A stretch of DNA of 64,000 bases from Spirochaetota bacterium (GCA_965205605.1 CBDBHE010000006.1:64001-128000); one strand, 5' to 3'; positions 17,971-29,239 are shown, numbered from the stretch's first letter. The notes: a model not told the origin generated them from the sequence alone. A program made the numbers and translations.

Positions 17971-18891
17971 TTAAAAGTTTTTAATATCAGAAGCTTGTTT
18001 AATTAAAGCTACTTTTTGTTTTCGAATGTGCTGAATGTAAGGTAATTCGACTTGCATGGAAAGAAAGCTTTCTTCATTAAAAACTTTCAGAGATTTGAGC
18101 TTTCTTTTTTTGATTTTGTCTTTAATGGTTTCGAGTTTGATTGTTTTTGGATTTACCTTTTCTGAACAAACAGCAATGGTCCACAAAGTAGAATACATTT
18201 GAATGTAATTATAAAAAGGACTCACATAGTTAAAAACAGTAGAAAGTGTTTTTAAGATTTGGTTAAAGAGGGTAGGTCTTGTAATGGGAGATTCGGCGTG
18301 CATGACGAAGATGCTATGATTGTCTTTCAAAACTTTTTTGATGTTTTTAAAGAAGTCTAGTGTATATAGATTTTTTGCTAATCCTAAAGGATCGATCATA
18401 TCCATAATAATGATGTCATAATTATTTTTTGTATTTTTAATAAAATGATTGCCGTCATCGATAATGATATTTGTTTTTGGATGCTCGAAGGCTTTTTTAG
18501 AAATAAAAGGGAGGTATTTTTTACAATACTCTATAACATCTTTTTCGAGTTCAACATGAGTTAGATTGTTAACGGTAGGGTGTTTTAAGATTTCATAATC
18601 ACACCCACCATCACCTCCGCCAATAACAAGGATTTCTTTAGGGTTGCTATGAGAACACATAGCAGGATGGATCATCACCTCATGATAGAGAAAATCATTT
18701 TTCTCAACGACTTGAGTAATATCATCAATTAAAAGCACTCGTCCAAACTCTTCTGTTTCAATCAATTTTAATGTTTGAAAGGGAGTTTTTTTTTCAGCTA
18801 AGACTTTGCTATAAGTATAAAAGTAGCCAAAATGTTCGTTTAGCTTTTCTTGAAATAATTTCTGAGGTTTTTTCAAAAGCATGAAAAGCAT
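17971..18891 (-). CDS. speE: Spermidine synthase (polyamine aminopropyltransferase)
   Basis: TPFQ, FGRVLLIDDITQ, YHEVMIHP, ILVIGGGDGG, YDIIIMD. Confidence 0.93.
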   Translation of the reverse strand: MLFMLLKKPQKLFQEKLNEHFGYFYTYSKVLAEKKTPFQTLKLIETEEFGRVLLIDDITQVVEKNDFLYHEVMIHPAMCSHSNPKEILVIGGGDGGCDYEILKHPTVNNLTHVELEKDVIEYCKKYLPFISKKAFEHPKTNIIIDDGNHFIKNTKNNYDIIIMDMIDPLGLAKNLYTLDFFKNIKKVLKDNHSIFVMHAESPITRPTLFNQILKTLSTVFNYVSPFYNYIQMYSTLWTIAVCSEKVNPKTIKLETIKDKIKKRKLKSLKVFNEESFLSMQVELPYIQHIRKQKVALIKQASDIKNF

Positions 18892-18892
18892 T

Positions 18893-19663
18893 TTAAGTAA
18901 AAATATTTCTACAATGAAAAATCTCTTCCATTTCTTCTTTTAACATTTTACTAACTTTTTCTTTTTCTTCTTTTTTATGTTCGATGGTTTCTTCTTCTTT
19001 TAAAAAAAGATAGTCATCAAGAGAAAACTCTTTTAAAATCATTTTGGTATGAAAAATATATTCTTGATAAACATTGATGTCGTAGGCAGTATATTTTTTG
19101 ATTATTTCAGGACTAATAAAATCTAGGATAGAGTTAATCTTATGGTCGATAAAATATTTCCTCCCCTTAATCCCTCTAGTAAAACCTCTAACACGATAAT
19201 CCATCGTCACAACGTCAGAATCAAAACTTTCTAAAAGAAAGTCAAGGGTTTTTAAAGGAGATACTCGCCCACAAGTCGCCACATCAATATCAACTCTAAA
19301 AGTAGAAATCCCTGTATAATCATTGGTTTCTGGATAGGTATGAGCAGAAATGTGACTTTTGTCTAAATGCATTAGTTGTCCATTTTGTTGAAACGCATCT
19401 TCAGCGACTAATATCGTAGCACTGGCACCTAAAGGCTCATAATCTTGCATCGAAACATTAATTACATACGCTCCAATACATTTGACAACCTTTCTAAGAA
19501 TTTTTCCTAATTTTTTTCCATTGTATTCTTCGTTGATATATTTTAAGTAATCTCTTCTAGATTGTTTTGAAGGGGCGTAAGAAATATCATAGATATTAAA
19601 GCTAAGTGATTTTGTTAAATTATTAAATCCATTTAGTTTGATTTTTTTTTTATTAAATTTCAT
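18893..19663 (-). CDS. speD: S-adenosylmethionine decarboxylase proenzyme, long E. coli type
   Basis: GFNNLTKSLSFNIYDI, QDYEPLGASAT, cleavage site HLDK-SHISAHTYPE, DVATCGRVSPLK. Confidence 0.95.
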   Translation of the reverse strand: MKFNKKKIKLNGFNNLTKSLSFNIYDISYAPSKQSRRDYLKYINEEYNGKKLGKILRKVVKCIGAYVINVSMQDYEPLGASATILVAEDAFQQNGQLMHLDKSHISAHTYPETNDYTGISTFRVDIDVATCGRVSPLKTLDFLLESFDSDVVTMDYRVRGFTRGIKGRKYFIDHKINSILDFISPEIIKKYTAYDINVYQEYIFHTKMILKEFSLDDYLFLKEEETIEHKKEEKEKVSKMLKEEMEEIFHCRNIFT

Positions 19664-19773
19664 TTTTTATTTTTGAGTTTACCATGATATTCTTTCTAGA
19701 AGAGATGATGCCTCTGCTTTAGGAGAATCGTTATCTAATTTTTTTTTAGCTTTATTTATAAGCAGACTTTTTT

Positions 19774-20874
19774 GTGAAATTTAAACGAATTCCTTCTTTT
19801 GTTTTTATTATTATTTTATTTTTTTTCCTAGGAGGCTTGATTTATTGGGTACTTGTTCCTTCTTTTAAAAAAAATGAAATTATTCAATTACTTGTTGTTA
19901 AGAAAAATGAAGCCAATAAAATTGAAGCCGCTTTTATTTTATTTGCTTACCCATTAGAAAAATACCTTTATACCTATATTATTAACCCAGAAATTTCTTT
20001 GCTTTATGGGAAAAAAACAAAGAAAATTAAAGAGATAAAGAATGTTAAAGTCCTTAAAAAATTTTTAAATCAATTACTTAATATTAAAATCAATGGCACC
20101 ATTGAGCTTAATGATAAACAAATTTTTTCTTTAATCAAAAAAGTAGGCATCGGGAAGTTTTTAAATTTATTTTCAGATTATTTGCCTAAAGGAGAAATTA
20201 TTATTAATGAACAAAATTATGCACCCTTTATGGCCAGTATTGGAGATTTTATGTTTAAAAGAGATGTTATTTATAGTTTTTGGCTGAATCTTTTTTATCA
20301 AAATTTTTCATTTTTAAAAAAAATCAAAGTCCCTTATTGGTTTTTAAATCGATATTATGATCTTATGGATACTTCCCTTAAAAGAGGAGATTTTTTATAT
20401 TTGTTGAATCAATTTATTTTTTCTTTAGATGAAGTTTATTTTTTTAAATCTAATATGAATATTGAAAAGAGTGTTTTTTTGGGAAAAGAAGTTTTTGTTC
20501 CTTTCCAAAATGGTTTTTATGATAAAAATAAAGTTCGAAGAATGATAAAATCTTTTTATGAACAAATTCCTTCTATAAATAAATTTCCTATTTCGGTACA
20601 AATAAAAAACATGACCTCTTATAAACGTCTAGCAGCAAAAGTTTCAGGGGGACTTCATTTAAGAAAGTGTAGTGTTAAAGAATATTTGAATTCTGAAATT
20701 AGTGTTAGAAACTCAATCATTTTAGATCGCTCGGGCTCTCCTTTGAAAAGAGTTTATTTTTCTAAAGCAACTAAAGTTAGTAATATTTATTTTTTATTTG
20801 ATTACCGAGAAAATTTTGATTTTTCACTTTATATAGGAGAAGATTATTATGCCATCCCTTACTTTGAAAAATAA
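19774..20874 (+). CDS. Divergent LCP / LytR_C-domain membrane protein
   Basis: N-terminal TM and a C-terminal LytR_C-like segment (VQIKNMTSYKRLAAKV...SIILDRSG...DFSLYIGED). Sits immediately before rsfS, as in spirochete operons. Confidence 0.6.
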   Translation: MKFKRIPSFVFIIILFFFLGGLIYWVLVPSFKKNEIIQLLVVKKNEANKIEAAFILFAYPLEKYLYTYIINPEISLLYGKKTKKIKEIKNVKVLKKFLNQLLNIKINGTIELNDKQIFSLIKKVGIGKFLNLFSDYLPKGEIIINEQNYAPFMASIGDFMFKRDVIYSFWLNLFYQNFSFLKKIKVPYWFLNRYYDLMDTSLKRGDFLYLLNQFIFSLDEVYFFKSNMNIEKSVFLGKEVFVPFQNGFYDKNKVRRMIKSFYEQIPSINKFPISVQIKNMTSYKRLAAKVSGGLHLRKCSVKEYLNSEISVRNSIILDRSGSPLKRVYFSKATKVSNIYFLFDYRENFDFSLYIGEDYYAIPYFEK

Positions 20875-21226
20875 TAACGATAACACTCACTCTCTTCTTT
20901 TTTTAACTCAAAATCTTTTAGAAAATCATAAAGCAAAAGATATTTGTGTTTTTGATGCAGAGGGAAAAGTGAATTATACTTCTTATATTATTGTTGCTTC
21001 TGCCACTTCTTCACTTCACTTACAAGCTCTTTTTGGAAAAATAAATAGGTTATATAAAGATCATTTTTATCAACTGCTTGTTAAAAAAAAAAAAGAAATT
21101 AATAATTGGGTTGTTTTGGATTATAGTGATATTGTGATACATTTGATTTCTAATGAATTAAGGAACTATTATCGTTTAGATGATTTATTCAAATCTAAAA
21201 AAAAAACAATTTTTCTTAGACAATGA
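20849..21226 (+). CDS. rsfS: Ribosome silencing factor RsfS
   Basis: KAKDICVFD, YIIVASATS..HLQAL, WVVLDYSDIVIHL...R.YYRLDDL. Confidence 0.9.
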   Translation: MPSLTLKNNNDNTHSLLFLTQNLLENHKAKDICVFDAEGKVNYTSYIIVASATSSLHLQALFGKINRLYKDHFYQLLVKKKKEINNWVVLDYSDIVIHLISNELRNYYRLDDLFKSKKKTIFLRQ

Positions 21227-22497
21227 AATCTTATTATCGCGTTGAGCTTTTTGATAAGAAAGGTTGTTTTTCTTTTGAGGCCATTTCTGAAGCAATTGCA
21301 AAAGGGAATCGATATTTTTTTATTTTTTTTCCTAGAAAATGTCAGTTAACTGAAGTCGTTGAAATGCAGAAATTTTTTTCTAAACATAAAGGCTTGTCTT
21401 TTTGTATTCACGATAAGACGCCGATTAACAAGGAAAACGAGATCAATATAAGTAATAATCTTGTTTTTTACCACATGCTTTGTGAAGCGGGAATGCTCAT
21501 AGAGAATATTTCTTTTCACTTAGGTTCTTTGGTTGGTTTTGGAGCTGAAAAAAATATAGAACATGTCGAATCTTTAATTAAAAGTTCTTTTAAAAAAGAA
21601 GTTTCTGAACAACGTTTTTTAATTGCGAAGTTTTCAAAAAAACATTATGAAGAGCATCTTAAGGTGTGTATTTTTTACATTAAAAAAATAGCGGCTATTT
21701 TAAAAAAGAAAAACATTCGACTTTTAATTAAAAATCTTTCTGTAGATTATGTGCTTGTTGGAGAAAAACAAAAAGAATATTTTGAAACATTAGGCTATAC
21801 TTATTTAAAATTTAAAAAAAATCTTTTTAGTTTTCCTATTTTGTTAGAAAAAGGGGATTTGCCTCGTTTGATGAATGAAATGAAATTTTTATTAGATGAA
21901 TGTGATATTGGGATTGCTTTGGATGTTACTCATCTTAAAAATACGTTATTGCTTTCTAATAAATACAATGTAAATCATAAAAAAATTATAAAAGAATGGG
22001 GAATTAAGTTTTCAAAACAAGATTTAGTTTTTTTAAAAAAACATGGCTTTTCTATTTCAGAACAATTTCCTATTTTTTATCAAGAGCCATTGAATTTTTA
22101 TGATCAAATTGATTTAATAAAAGACAAAATTGAAATCGTTCATCTTTCTGGTAGTATTGGCCCTGTTTTTGTTGATAAAAAAAATTTAAAATTTGAAGAA
22201 GTGACTAATGATATGTTAATTGGGCAACTTTCCAAATTAGATATTCCTTTTGCCATTCATGGAAAAGATCAAGAGATTTTTTTTGTTAATTTGGAGCCTT
22301 CAAGTAAAGCTAAAAAAAATTTTATTTATAAAGAGACTCAAGAAATTTGGGAAAAATTTTTTAAAAGGCAGTTTTTAGAAAACATCTTACTTTTTAAAGA
22401 AATTGGATGCTTAAGAATGGTTCAAAAAAGTAAAAATTTTATAGATGATTCTGTAAAAACTTATGAATTTTTTGATAACCTTACAAATTCTGAATAA
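21223..22497 (+). CDS. Hypothetical protein, possible xylose-isomerase-like TIM barrel
   Basis: 424-aa ORF. SFHLG, LLIKN, IALDVTHL and IVHLSG resemble AP-endonuclease-2/TIM-barrel metal-site segments. Confidence 0.45.
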   Translation: MKSYYRVELFDKKGCFSFEAISEAIAKGNRYFFIFFPRKCQLTEVVEMQKFFSKHKGLSFCIHDKTPINKENEINISNNLVFYHMLCEAGMLIENISFHLGSLVGFGAEKNIEHVESLIKSSFKKEVSEQRFLIAKFSKKHYEEHLKVCIFYIKKIAAILKKKNIRLLIKNLSVDYVLVGEKQKEYFETLGYTYLKFKKNLFSFPILLEKGDLPRLMNEMKFLLDECDIGIALDVTHLKNTLLLSNKYNVNHKKIIKEWGIKFSKQDLVFLKKHGFSISEQFPIFYQEPLNFYDQIDLIKDKIEIVHLSGSIGPVFVDKKNLKFEEVTNDMLIGQLSKLDIPFAIHGKDQEIFFVNLEPSSKAKKNFIYKETQEIWEKFFKRQFLENILLFKEIGCLRMVQKSKNFIDDSVKTYEFFDNLTNSE

Positions 22498-22511
22498 TTA
22501 ATTCGTTAAAA

Positions 22512-23549
22512 ATGTCTCATCATATAGATCAAAAAAAGCTTTCTAATCCTGTAAAGAAGGTTAGTAAAAGAACCACCATTATTGATATTGCTAATTATAC
22601 TGGGTATAGTGTTGCAACGGTTTCAAGAGCGCTTAATGGATTTGAGCTTATCAAGGAAAAAACAAAAGCTAATATTTTATCAGCTGCTAAAAAATTGGGT
22701 TATATTCCAAATCTTATGGCTCAAAATCTAGTTAATAAGCAAAGCAAGTCTATTGGCCTTGTGGTCACTGAAAACACACAGTTTTATTATGAATTTTATC
22801 TTCATCTTAGAAAACTCATTTCTTTAAAGGGATATAACCTTATTATTAGTTATTCTAACAATGATGCCAGTACGCAAGATTTTCATCTCAATCGTTTTTT
22901 AAGTCTTCAAGTGGAAGGAATTATTATTGCGCCTATTCTTGAAAAAATCGACTTTATCGAAAAAATCAAAATAACCAAGACTCCTTTTATAATTTTAAAT
23001 TGTGTCTTTACTCAAAATGAAGAAAAATCAATTACATTTGATTTTAAAGATGGGATTAAGCAGGCGATTGATTTTCTTTTTGAGAAAGGAAAGAAAAATT
23101 TTTATCAGCTAGCTAGAAAAGAAATTTATTATGGAATTGAAAGAAGAAATTTTTTTAAGTTTGCTTTAGAGGGTAATGGTTACGTTTATGATGTTAGTAA
23201 AGTCTTTTTTGTTCGGGATGTGATTGATGATGGTTATGAGAAAATGATGGAAATTTTAGGAAAGGACCATGGAGTAGATGCGGTTATTTGTTCTTCTGAT
23301 TATACGGCTTTGGGAGCGCTTAGAGCTCTTTTTGATTCTGGGAAAAAAGTGCCACAAGAAGTGGCTCTAGTGGGTTGTTATAATACAAAATTGTCTCAGT
23401 ATTCGATTCCTCGCCTTTCAAGTGTTAAGACTAATATTAAAGATATTGCTGAAAAATCAGTGGAAAAGTTATTTTTTGAAATGAAAAATCTTAATAAATC
23501 TCATCAAATAGAACTTAAAACAAGTTTTATTTCAAGAGAAACTACTTAA
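22512..23549 (+). CDS. LacI-family transcriptional regulator
   Basis: HTH TIIDIANYTGYSVATVSRALN, hinge LGYIPNLMAQNL, and VPQEVALVG...PRLSSV...RETT. Confidence 0.95.
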   Translation: MSHHIDQKKLSNPVKKVSKRTTIIDIANYTGYSVATVSRALNGFELIKEKTKANILSAAKKLGYIPNLMAQNLVNKQSKSIGLVVTENTQFYYEFYLHLRKLISLKGYNLIISYSNNDASTQDFHLNRFLSLQVEGIIIAPILEKIDFIEKIKITKTPFIILNCVFTQNEEKSITFDFKDGIKQAIDFLFEKGKKNFYQLARKEIYYGIERRNFFKFALEGNGYVYDVSKVFFVRDVIDDGYEKMMEILGKDHGVDAVICSSDYTALGALRALFDSGKKVPQEVALVGCYNTKLSQYSIPRLSSVKTNIKDIAEKSVEKLFFEMKNLNKSHQIELKTSFISRETT

Positions 23550-23636
23550 AATTTTACTTCATAAAGAAGCGATATCATTTTTCCTATCATTTTGTTATAG
23601 GACTTCATTGAGTTTTTTATTTTTAATGATAGCTAA

Positions 23637-24314
23637 TTATAACTGGGCATAAACCAGATACCTCGTTGTTATAAAATTTGATTTAATTATTTTTCCTATT
23701 AAATAATAGAGAGGAAATAAAATAATATGAATCATAATAAAAAAAGGAGCTAGTAAACGAGAAATTGTTTTTTTATCCATAATCAATCTCATCCATAAGA
23801 CAAGTATGGCTTCTGTCCAAGAATTGTTTTCTTTAATGCTGAGATGAGTAAAATCTTTTAAAAGAAATTGTAGTCCGTATTTTGTGTATCGATAGTAATC
23901 GTAAGGTTTTTCATGTATTGGAAAAATAAAAGGAGTTGTGAGAATTAATTTTCCTTTTTTTTTTAAAATACTTTTAATATTTTTAATTGCTAGGTGAGGT
24001 GAATGGAGGTGTTCTAATACTTCAGAAATAATAACCACATCAATATATTTTTTCTTTGGAAATACGTAAGAGCAAATATCTCCTTTAATATCTGGATTTT
24101 GATTTTTGTCGATATCAAAGGTTGTTAGTTTAAATTTGTTTTTATTAGAATATTTTTTTAATAATGTATTAATTTGTCCCCCGGAGCCAATATTAAAAAC
24201 ATGATTTGACGAGGGGATCTTTTCTATTTTTTTTTCTAAGAAAGGTATTAAATTTTTTCTGGAAAAAATCTTAGAAAGATGAATAAAAAATTTAAAGATT
24301 ATTTTAATCATCAT
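23637..24314 (-). CDS. Class I SAM-dependent methyltransferase
   Basis: FNIGSGG, TFDID, GDIC, EVLEHL, TPFIFPIHEKPYDYYRYT. The ATG overlaps the lipA stop. Confidence 0.8.
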   Translation of the reverse strand: MMIKIIFKFFIHLSKIFSRKNLIPFLEKKIEKIPSSNHVFNIGSGGQINTLLKKYSNKNKFKLTTFDIDKNQNPDIKGDICSYVFPKKKYIDVVIISEVLEHLHSPHLAIKNIKSILKKKGKLILTTPFIFPIHEKPYDYYRYTKYGLQFLLKDFTHLSIKENNSWTEAILVLWMRLIMDKKTISRLLAPFFIMIHIILFPLYYLIGKIIKSNFITTRYLVYAQL

Positions 24315-25210
24315 TAATTTAATTTTTTTAAGTGTCCTAATAAAAAAAGCTCGGAAGCTTTATAGGATGATCTTACTAGGGGGCCACTGGCTACAAATAA
24401 AAATCCCATTTTTCTAGCAATGATCTCTAAGTTTGAAAATTCTTTTGGCTTGTAATATTTTTTAACGGGGTAATGTCTTTTTGAAGGTCTTAGATACTGA
24501 CCAAACGTAATAATATCAATTCCAATTTTTTTCAAATCTTCACAGCATTTGATGACTTCTTTAAGGTCTTCTCCTAAACCTAGCATTAAAGAAGTTTTTG
24601 TTAATTTTTGAGGGTTTTTGAGTTTTACTTTTTTTAAAAGTTGGAGTGATTGGTGATAATTAGCTTTCCCGTCTCGGATAAGTGGGGTGATAGATTGGAC
24701 GGTTTCGATATTATGAGCGAGGACATCAGGGTTTGCTTTTAAGATTCGATCTAAAGAGTTTTCATTTCCAGCGTAGTCAGAAATGAGAGCTTCTATTTTA
24801 ATTTGAGGAGAAAGGGCTTTGGTTTTTTCAATAGTTTGTCCAAATATTTCGGCTCCTCCATCAGCTAAGTCGTCTCGGTCAACGCAAGTGATGACAAGAT
24901 ACTTTAAATTAGTTTGACTAATTTGCTCAGCGACTCTTAAAGGTTCTTGGGTATCAATGATGCCTTTTGGGTTTCCTGACTTGACATTACAAAAACGGCA
25001 ACCTCTTGTACAAACATCTCCTAAAATCATAATCGTTGCTGTTCCTGAAGACCAACATTCATTCATATTGGGACATTTTCCTTCTTGACAAATCGTGTGT
25101 AAGTTTTGGAGGTTTAATTGTTTTTTTAATTTAGCATAATCATCATTTGTTGTAGGGGAGATTCGGATCCATTTAGGTTTTTTTATTATTAAGGGGTTAC
25201 AGGAGCTCAT
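24314..25210 (-). CDS. lipA: Lipoyl synthase
   Basis: KPKWIR, CQEGKCPNMNEC, CTRGCRFC, GQYLRP, PLVRSSY. Confidence 0.97.
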   Translation of the reverse strand: MSSCNPLIIKKPKWIRISPTTNDDYAKLKKQLNLQNLHTICQEGKCPNMNECWSSGTATIMILGDVCTRGCRFCNVKSGNPKGIIDTQEPLRVAEQISQTNLKYLVITCVDRDDLADGGAEIFGQTIEKTKALSPQIKIEALISDYAGNENSLDRILKANPDVLAHNIETVQSITPLIRDGKANYHQSLQLLKKVKLKNPQKLTKTSLMLGLGEDLKEVIKCCEDLKKIGIDIITFGQYLRPSKRHYPVKKYYKPKEFSNLEIIARKMGFLFVASGPLVRSSYKASELFLLGHLKKLN

Positions 25211-25429
25211 TTTTATTTTTTTATAAGATATAATTTACTTATTTAATGCTAGAATAAGATGTGAAAATAATCAAATACATAGGTTATTTTTATAATCAAT
25301 ACTTTATTAAAAGCGCATAAACTAAATTTATTTTTTTTTTTTAAAAAAACCACGATAATAAATTTGACTATTGATATTAAATGATTACTTTATAGGTTGA
25401 AACTAAATTAGAATTAATTTCATAAAAAA

Positions 25430-26080
25430 ATGATGAAGAAAGAAACTCAAAAAATAAATAAAAATAAAGAGGAAACTTCTAAAGTAGATTTGAGGTTAGA
25501 ATCTGAAGAAACAGCAGATTTAAAGGGAAAATCTAGTGAAAAACAAGAGCATGAAAGTATTGAGAAAGAAAATATTCTTTTAAAAAATAAACTTTTAGAA
25601 TACGAAGACCTTATCAAAAGACAACAAGCTGAGTTTGATAACTTTCGTAAAAGAAGTAGTCGAGAGAAGGGAGAGTTTTTTCAACATGCTCAAGTTGAAG
25701 TTTTAAAAGAAATTCTTGAAGTGGTAGATAATTTTCAAAGAGCATTAGAAGCTGGAAAAAAAGATAATAAACTTGGATCTTATTTACAAGGGTTTGAAAT
25801 GATTTATGAGCAAATAAAAACTTTTTTAATTTCTAAAGAAATTAAAGAAATTGGTAAAGAGGGGGATGTATTTGATCCCAAATTTCACAAAGCCATACAG
25901 TTTGAAGATAGTAAAGAAGATAAGGAAGATAAGATTAGTGAAGTGTATCAAAAAGGGTATCTTTTAGGGGATAAAATTTTGAGAATTGCTACAGTTAAAA
26001 TTAAAAAAGGATTTAATTTAGAAACGACTCACGATAAGAGTCATGATTCTTTTCAGGAAGAAAACAAAATGGATTCATAA
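25430..26080 (+). CDS. grpE: Nucleotide exchange factor GrpE
   Basis: [37 protein letters not shown]. Upstream of dnaK. Confidence 0.96.
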   Translation: MMKKETQKINKNKEETSKVDLRLESEETADLKGKSSEKQEHESIEKENILLKNKLLEYEDLIKRQQAEFDNFRKRSSREKGEFFQHAQVEVLKEILEVVDNFQRALEAGKKDNKLGSYLQGFEMIYEQIKTFLISKEIKEIGKEGDVFDPKFHKAIQFEDSKEDKEDKISEVYQKGYLLGDKILRIATVKIKKGFNLETTHDKSHDSFQEENKMDS

Positions 26081-26097
26081 TTAATAGGAGTACGAAT

Positions 26098-28035
26098 ATG
26101 GGAAAAATTATAGGAATTGATCTTGGGACAACAAATTCTTGTGTTGCTGTTATGGAAGGGGGAGAATCTGTTGTTATTCAAAATGCAGAAGGGATGAGGA
26201 CCACGCCTTCAATTGTTGGTTTTACAGATAAAGGGGATAAATTAGTAGGGCAGTCTGCTAAAAATCAAATGGTAACCAATCCTCAAAACACAGTTTATTC
26301 GATTAAGCGTTTTATGGGGATGACTTATGGTGAAAGTAAAGCAGAGCTTGATAAGATTCCTTATAGTGTTATTAACGCTAGTGAAAAGGTTAAAATAAAA
26401 ATAAAAGAGAAAGATTACACTCCCCAAGAGATTTCTGCTCTTGTTTTACAAAAGATGAAGCAATCAGCAGAAGATTATTTAGGGAGCAAAATTAAAGAAG
26501 CGGTGATCACCGTCCCAGCTTATTTTAATGATTCACAGCGTCAAGCAACAAAAGATGCCGGTCGTATTGCAGGTCTTGATGTCAAACGAATTGTTAATGA
26601 ACCAACAGCTGCTGCTTTAGCGTATGGTCTTGACAAGAAAAATGACCAAAAAATAGCTGTTTTTGATTTAGGTGGGGGGACGTTTGATATCTCTATTTTA
26701 GAGTTAGGAGATGGTGTTTTTGAAGTAAAAAGTACTAATGGAGACACTCATCTTGGGGGAGATGATTTTGACAATCTTATAATTGATTGGCTTGTAGATG
26801 AATTTAAAAAAAGCAGTGGGATTGATCTTAAAAAAGATAAAATGGCTCTTCAGCGTTTAAAAGAAGCTGCTGAAAAAGCTAAAAAAGAACTTTCTTCTGC
26901 TAACGCTACTGACATTAATTTACCTTTTATTACAGCTGATCAATCAGGCCCTAAACATTTAAATATTAATTTAACAAGATCTAAATTTGAACAAATTATT
27001 GATGTTTTGATTCAAAGGTTAAAAGCACCTTGCAGCAATGCCTTAAAAGATGCAGGAATGTCGATGTCTAATATTAATGAAATTATTTTAGTAGGAGGCT
27101 CGACTCGTATCCCTGCTGTTAAGGAAATGGTAAAGTCTTTTTTTCAAAAAGAACCAAATCGAAGCGTTAATCCAGATGAAGTCGTCGCTCTTGGAGCAGC
27201 TGTGCAAGCAGGTATTTTGGGAGGAGATGTAAAAGATGTTTTGCTTTTAGATGTCACTCCTTTGTCTTTAGGGATTGAAACTTTAGGGGGAGTTTTTACT
27301 AAACTCATTGAAAGAAACACGACAATCCCTACTAAAAAAAATCAAGTGTTTTCAACAGCAGCTGATAATCAAACAGCTGTAAGTATTCATGTCTATCAAG
27401 GGGAAAGAGAAATGGCAAGAGATAATCGACTCTTGGGTAAATTTGATCTAGTCAATATCCCCCCTGCTCCAAGAGGGATCCCTCAAATTGACGTGAGCTT
27501 TGATATTGATGCTAACGGGATTTTACATGTCAATGCAAAAGATCTTGGGACAGGGAAAGAAAATAAAATTCGTATTGAGTCTTCAAGTGGGATAAGCGAA
27601 GAAGAAATTCAAAGAATGGTCAAAGAAGGTGAAGTTAATGCCAATGAAGATAAGCAAAAAAAAGAAAGCATTGAAATTAAAAATAATGCTGATAATCTTG
27701 CTTACCAAATGGAAAAAACTTTAAAAGAACATGGCGATAAAATTGATGATGCTGAAAAGAAAAAAGTTAATGAAGCCATTGCAGATGTAAGGCAAAAAGT
27801 AGCAGGCGATAATGTAGGCGAAATTAAAAAAGCAGTCGAAAACCTTACTCAAGTTTCTCATAAACTTTCTGAAATCATCTATAAAGAAGCTTCAAAAAAA
27901 GCAGGTAATCAAAAACCATCTGAAGAGAGTGAAAAAAAATCAACTAATGATACTAGTGGTAGTGATAAGAAAAAAAGTAAAGATAATGTGGTAGATGCTG
28001 ATTATGAAGTGGTTGATGATAATAAAGAAAAATAA
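26098..28035 (+). CDS. dnaK: Chaperone DnaK
   Basis: [50 protein letters not shown] upstream. Confidence 0.99.
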   Translation: MGKIIGIDLGTTNSCVAVMEGGESVVIQNAEGMRTTPSIVGFTDKGDKLVGQSAKNQMVTNPQNTVYSIKRFMGMTYGESKAELDKIPYSVINASEKVKIKIKEKDYTPQEISALVLQKMKQSAEDYLGSKIKEAVITVPAYFNDSQRQATKDAGRIAGLDVKRIVNEPTAAALAYGLDKKNDQKIAVFDLGGGTFDISILELGDGVFEVKSTNGDTHLGGDDFDNLIIDWLVDEFKKSSGIDLKKDKMALQRLKEAAEKAKKELSSANATDINLPFITADQSGPKHLNINLTRSKFEQIIDVLIQRLKAPCSNALKDAGMSMSNINEIILVGGSTRIPAVKEMVKSFFQKEPNRSVNPDEVVALGAAVQAGILGGDVKDVLLLDVTPLSLGIETLGGVFTKLIERNTTIPTKKNQVFSTAADNQTAVSIHVYQGEREMARDNRLLGKFDLVNIPPAPRGIPQIDVSFDIDANGILHVNAKDLGTGKENKIRIESSSGISEEEIQRMVKEGEVNANEDKQKKESIEIKNNADNLAYQMEKTLKEHGDKIDDAEKKKVNEAIADVRQKVAGDNVGEIKKAVENLTQVSHKLSEIIYKEASKKAGNQKPSEESEKKSTNDTSGSDKKKSKDNVVDADYEVVDDNKEK

Positions 28036-28084
28036 CCTATTTTTTTCTTTATTATAAAATTTTTTTTTAGGGTTTATACTTTTT

Positions 28085-29215
28085 ATGTCTAAAGATTTAT
28101 ATACTCTTCTTGGGGTTTCTAAGTCAGCTACCAAAGAAGAGCTAAAAAAAGCTTATCGAAAAAAAGCTATCGAACACCACCCTGATAAAAACAAAGGGAA
28201 TTCTGCTGCTGAAGAAAAATTTAAAGAGATTAATGAAGCTTATGCTGTTCTTTCAGATGATCAAAAAAGAAAAACTTATGATCAATTTGGAATGGATGGT
28301 GTAAAAGGAGGCTTTGGGGGAGGGGGTACTTCGGGCTTTAGTTCTGATTTTAATTTTAATGATATTTTTGAAGAAGTTTTTGGTGGAGAAAGTATTTTTG
28401 ATAGCTTTTTTGGTGGTGGAAGCTCAAGAAGAACAAGAAAAAGACGTGGAAGAGATATTCATTACCAAATGGATCTTTCTTTAGAAGAAGCTTTTAATGG
28501 AAAAGAAACTTTTATTGATGTAAAAAAAAAAGACTCTTGTCCAGAATGTAATGGGAATGGAGGAAAGGGTGGGAGCACACCTGGTGACTGTCCTGATTGC
28601 GGGGGAAGTGGTCAAATAAGACAAAATCGGAGTCTTTTTACAATTAGTTCGACATGTCCTAAGTGTTCGGGTTCGGGGCAATTTGTTATTAATCCTTGTT
28701 CACGTTGTTTTGGGACGGGGGTATTGGATAAAAAAAAATCTATTCGTATTAAAATACCCGTTGGTGTTGATAATGGACAAAGTATTAAAATTACAGGTGA
28801 AGGTGAATCTGTTGGGACACGTAATCAAAATGGAGATTTGTATATTAGCTTAACTGTAAGAAACCATCATTCTTTTTTACGAAAAGAAGAAAATCTTTAC
28901 TGTCAAATTCCTATTAATATTACTCAAGCTGTTTTAGGCTCTCACATTATTGTAAAAACAATTGATAATAAAAGTATTAAACTAAAAATCCCCTCTGGTA
29001 CTGCTGATGGAGACACACTTCGAATTAAATCAGAAGGAATGCCTATTTTAAATAGTGGCCAACGTAGAGGAGATTTGAATATTGGTTTTAAAATTATGGT
29101 TCCAAAAAAACTCTCTTCTAAAGAAAAAAAACTTTTTGAAGAAATATCCAATATTGCTAATACTTCACTTGAACCAGAGCCTATTCCTATTAGAAAAAAG
29201 TTCTCTTTCTTTTAA
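28085..29215 (+). CDS. dnaJ: Chaperone DnaJ
   Basis: J domain with HPD, G/F-rich region and four CxxCxGxG repeats. Confidence 0.98.
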   Translation: MSKDLYTLLGVSKSATKEELKKAYRKKAIEHHPDKNKGNSAAEEKFKEINEAYAVLSDDQKRKTYDQFGMDGVKGGFGGGGTSGFSSDFNFNDIFEEVFGGESIFDSFFGGGSSRRTRKRRGRDIHYQMDLSLEEAFNGKETFIDVKKKDSCPECNGNGGKGGSTPGDCPDCGGSGQIRQNRSLFTISSTCPKCSGSGQFVINPCSRCFGTGVLDKKKSIRIKIPVGVDNGQSIKITGEGESVGTRNQNGDLYISLTVRNHHSFLRKEENLYCQIPINITQAVLGSHIIVKTIDNKSIKLKIPSGTADGDTLRIKSEGMPILNSGQRRGDLNIGFKIMVPKKLSSKEKKLFEEISNIANTSLEPEPIPIRKKFSFF

Positions 29216-29239
29216 TTAACAAAACAAGCTATTTTTAAC

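Noticed and set aside
25211-25429. CIRCE operator or hrcA upstream of grpE-dnaK-dnaJ
   Set aside because: No TTAGCACTC-N9-GAGTGCTAA match and no hrcA ORF; the spacer is mainly A/T runs.
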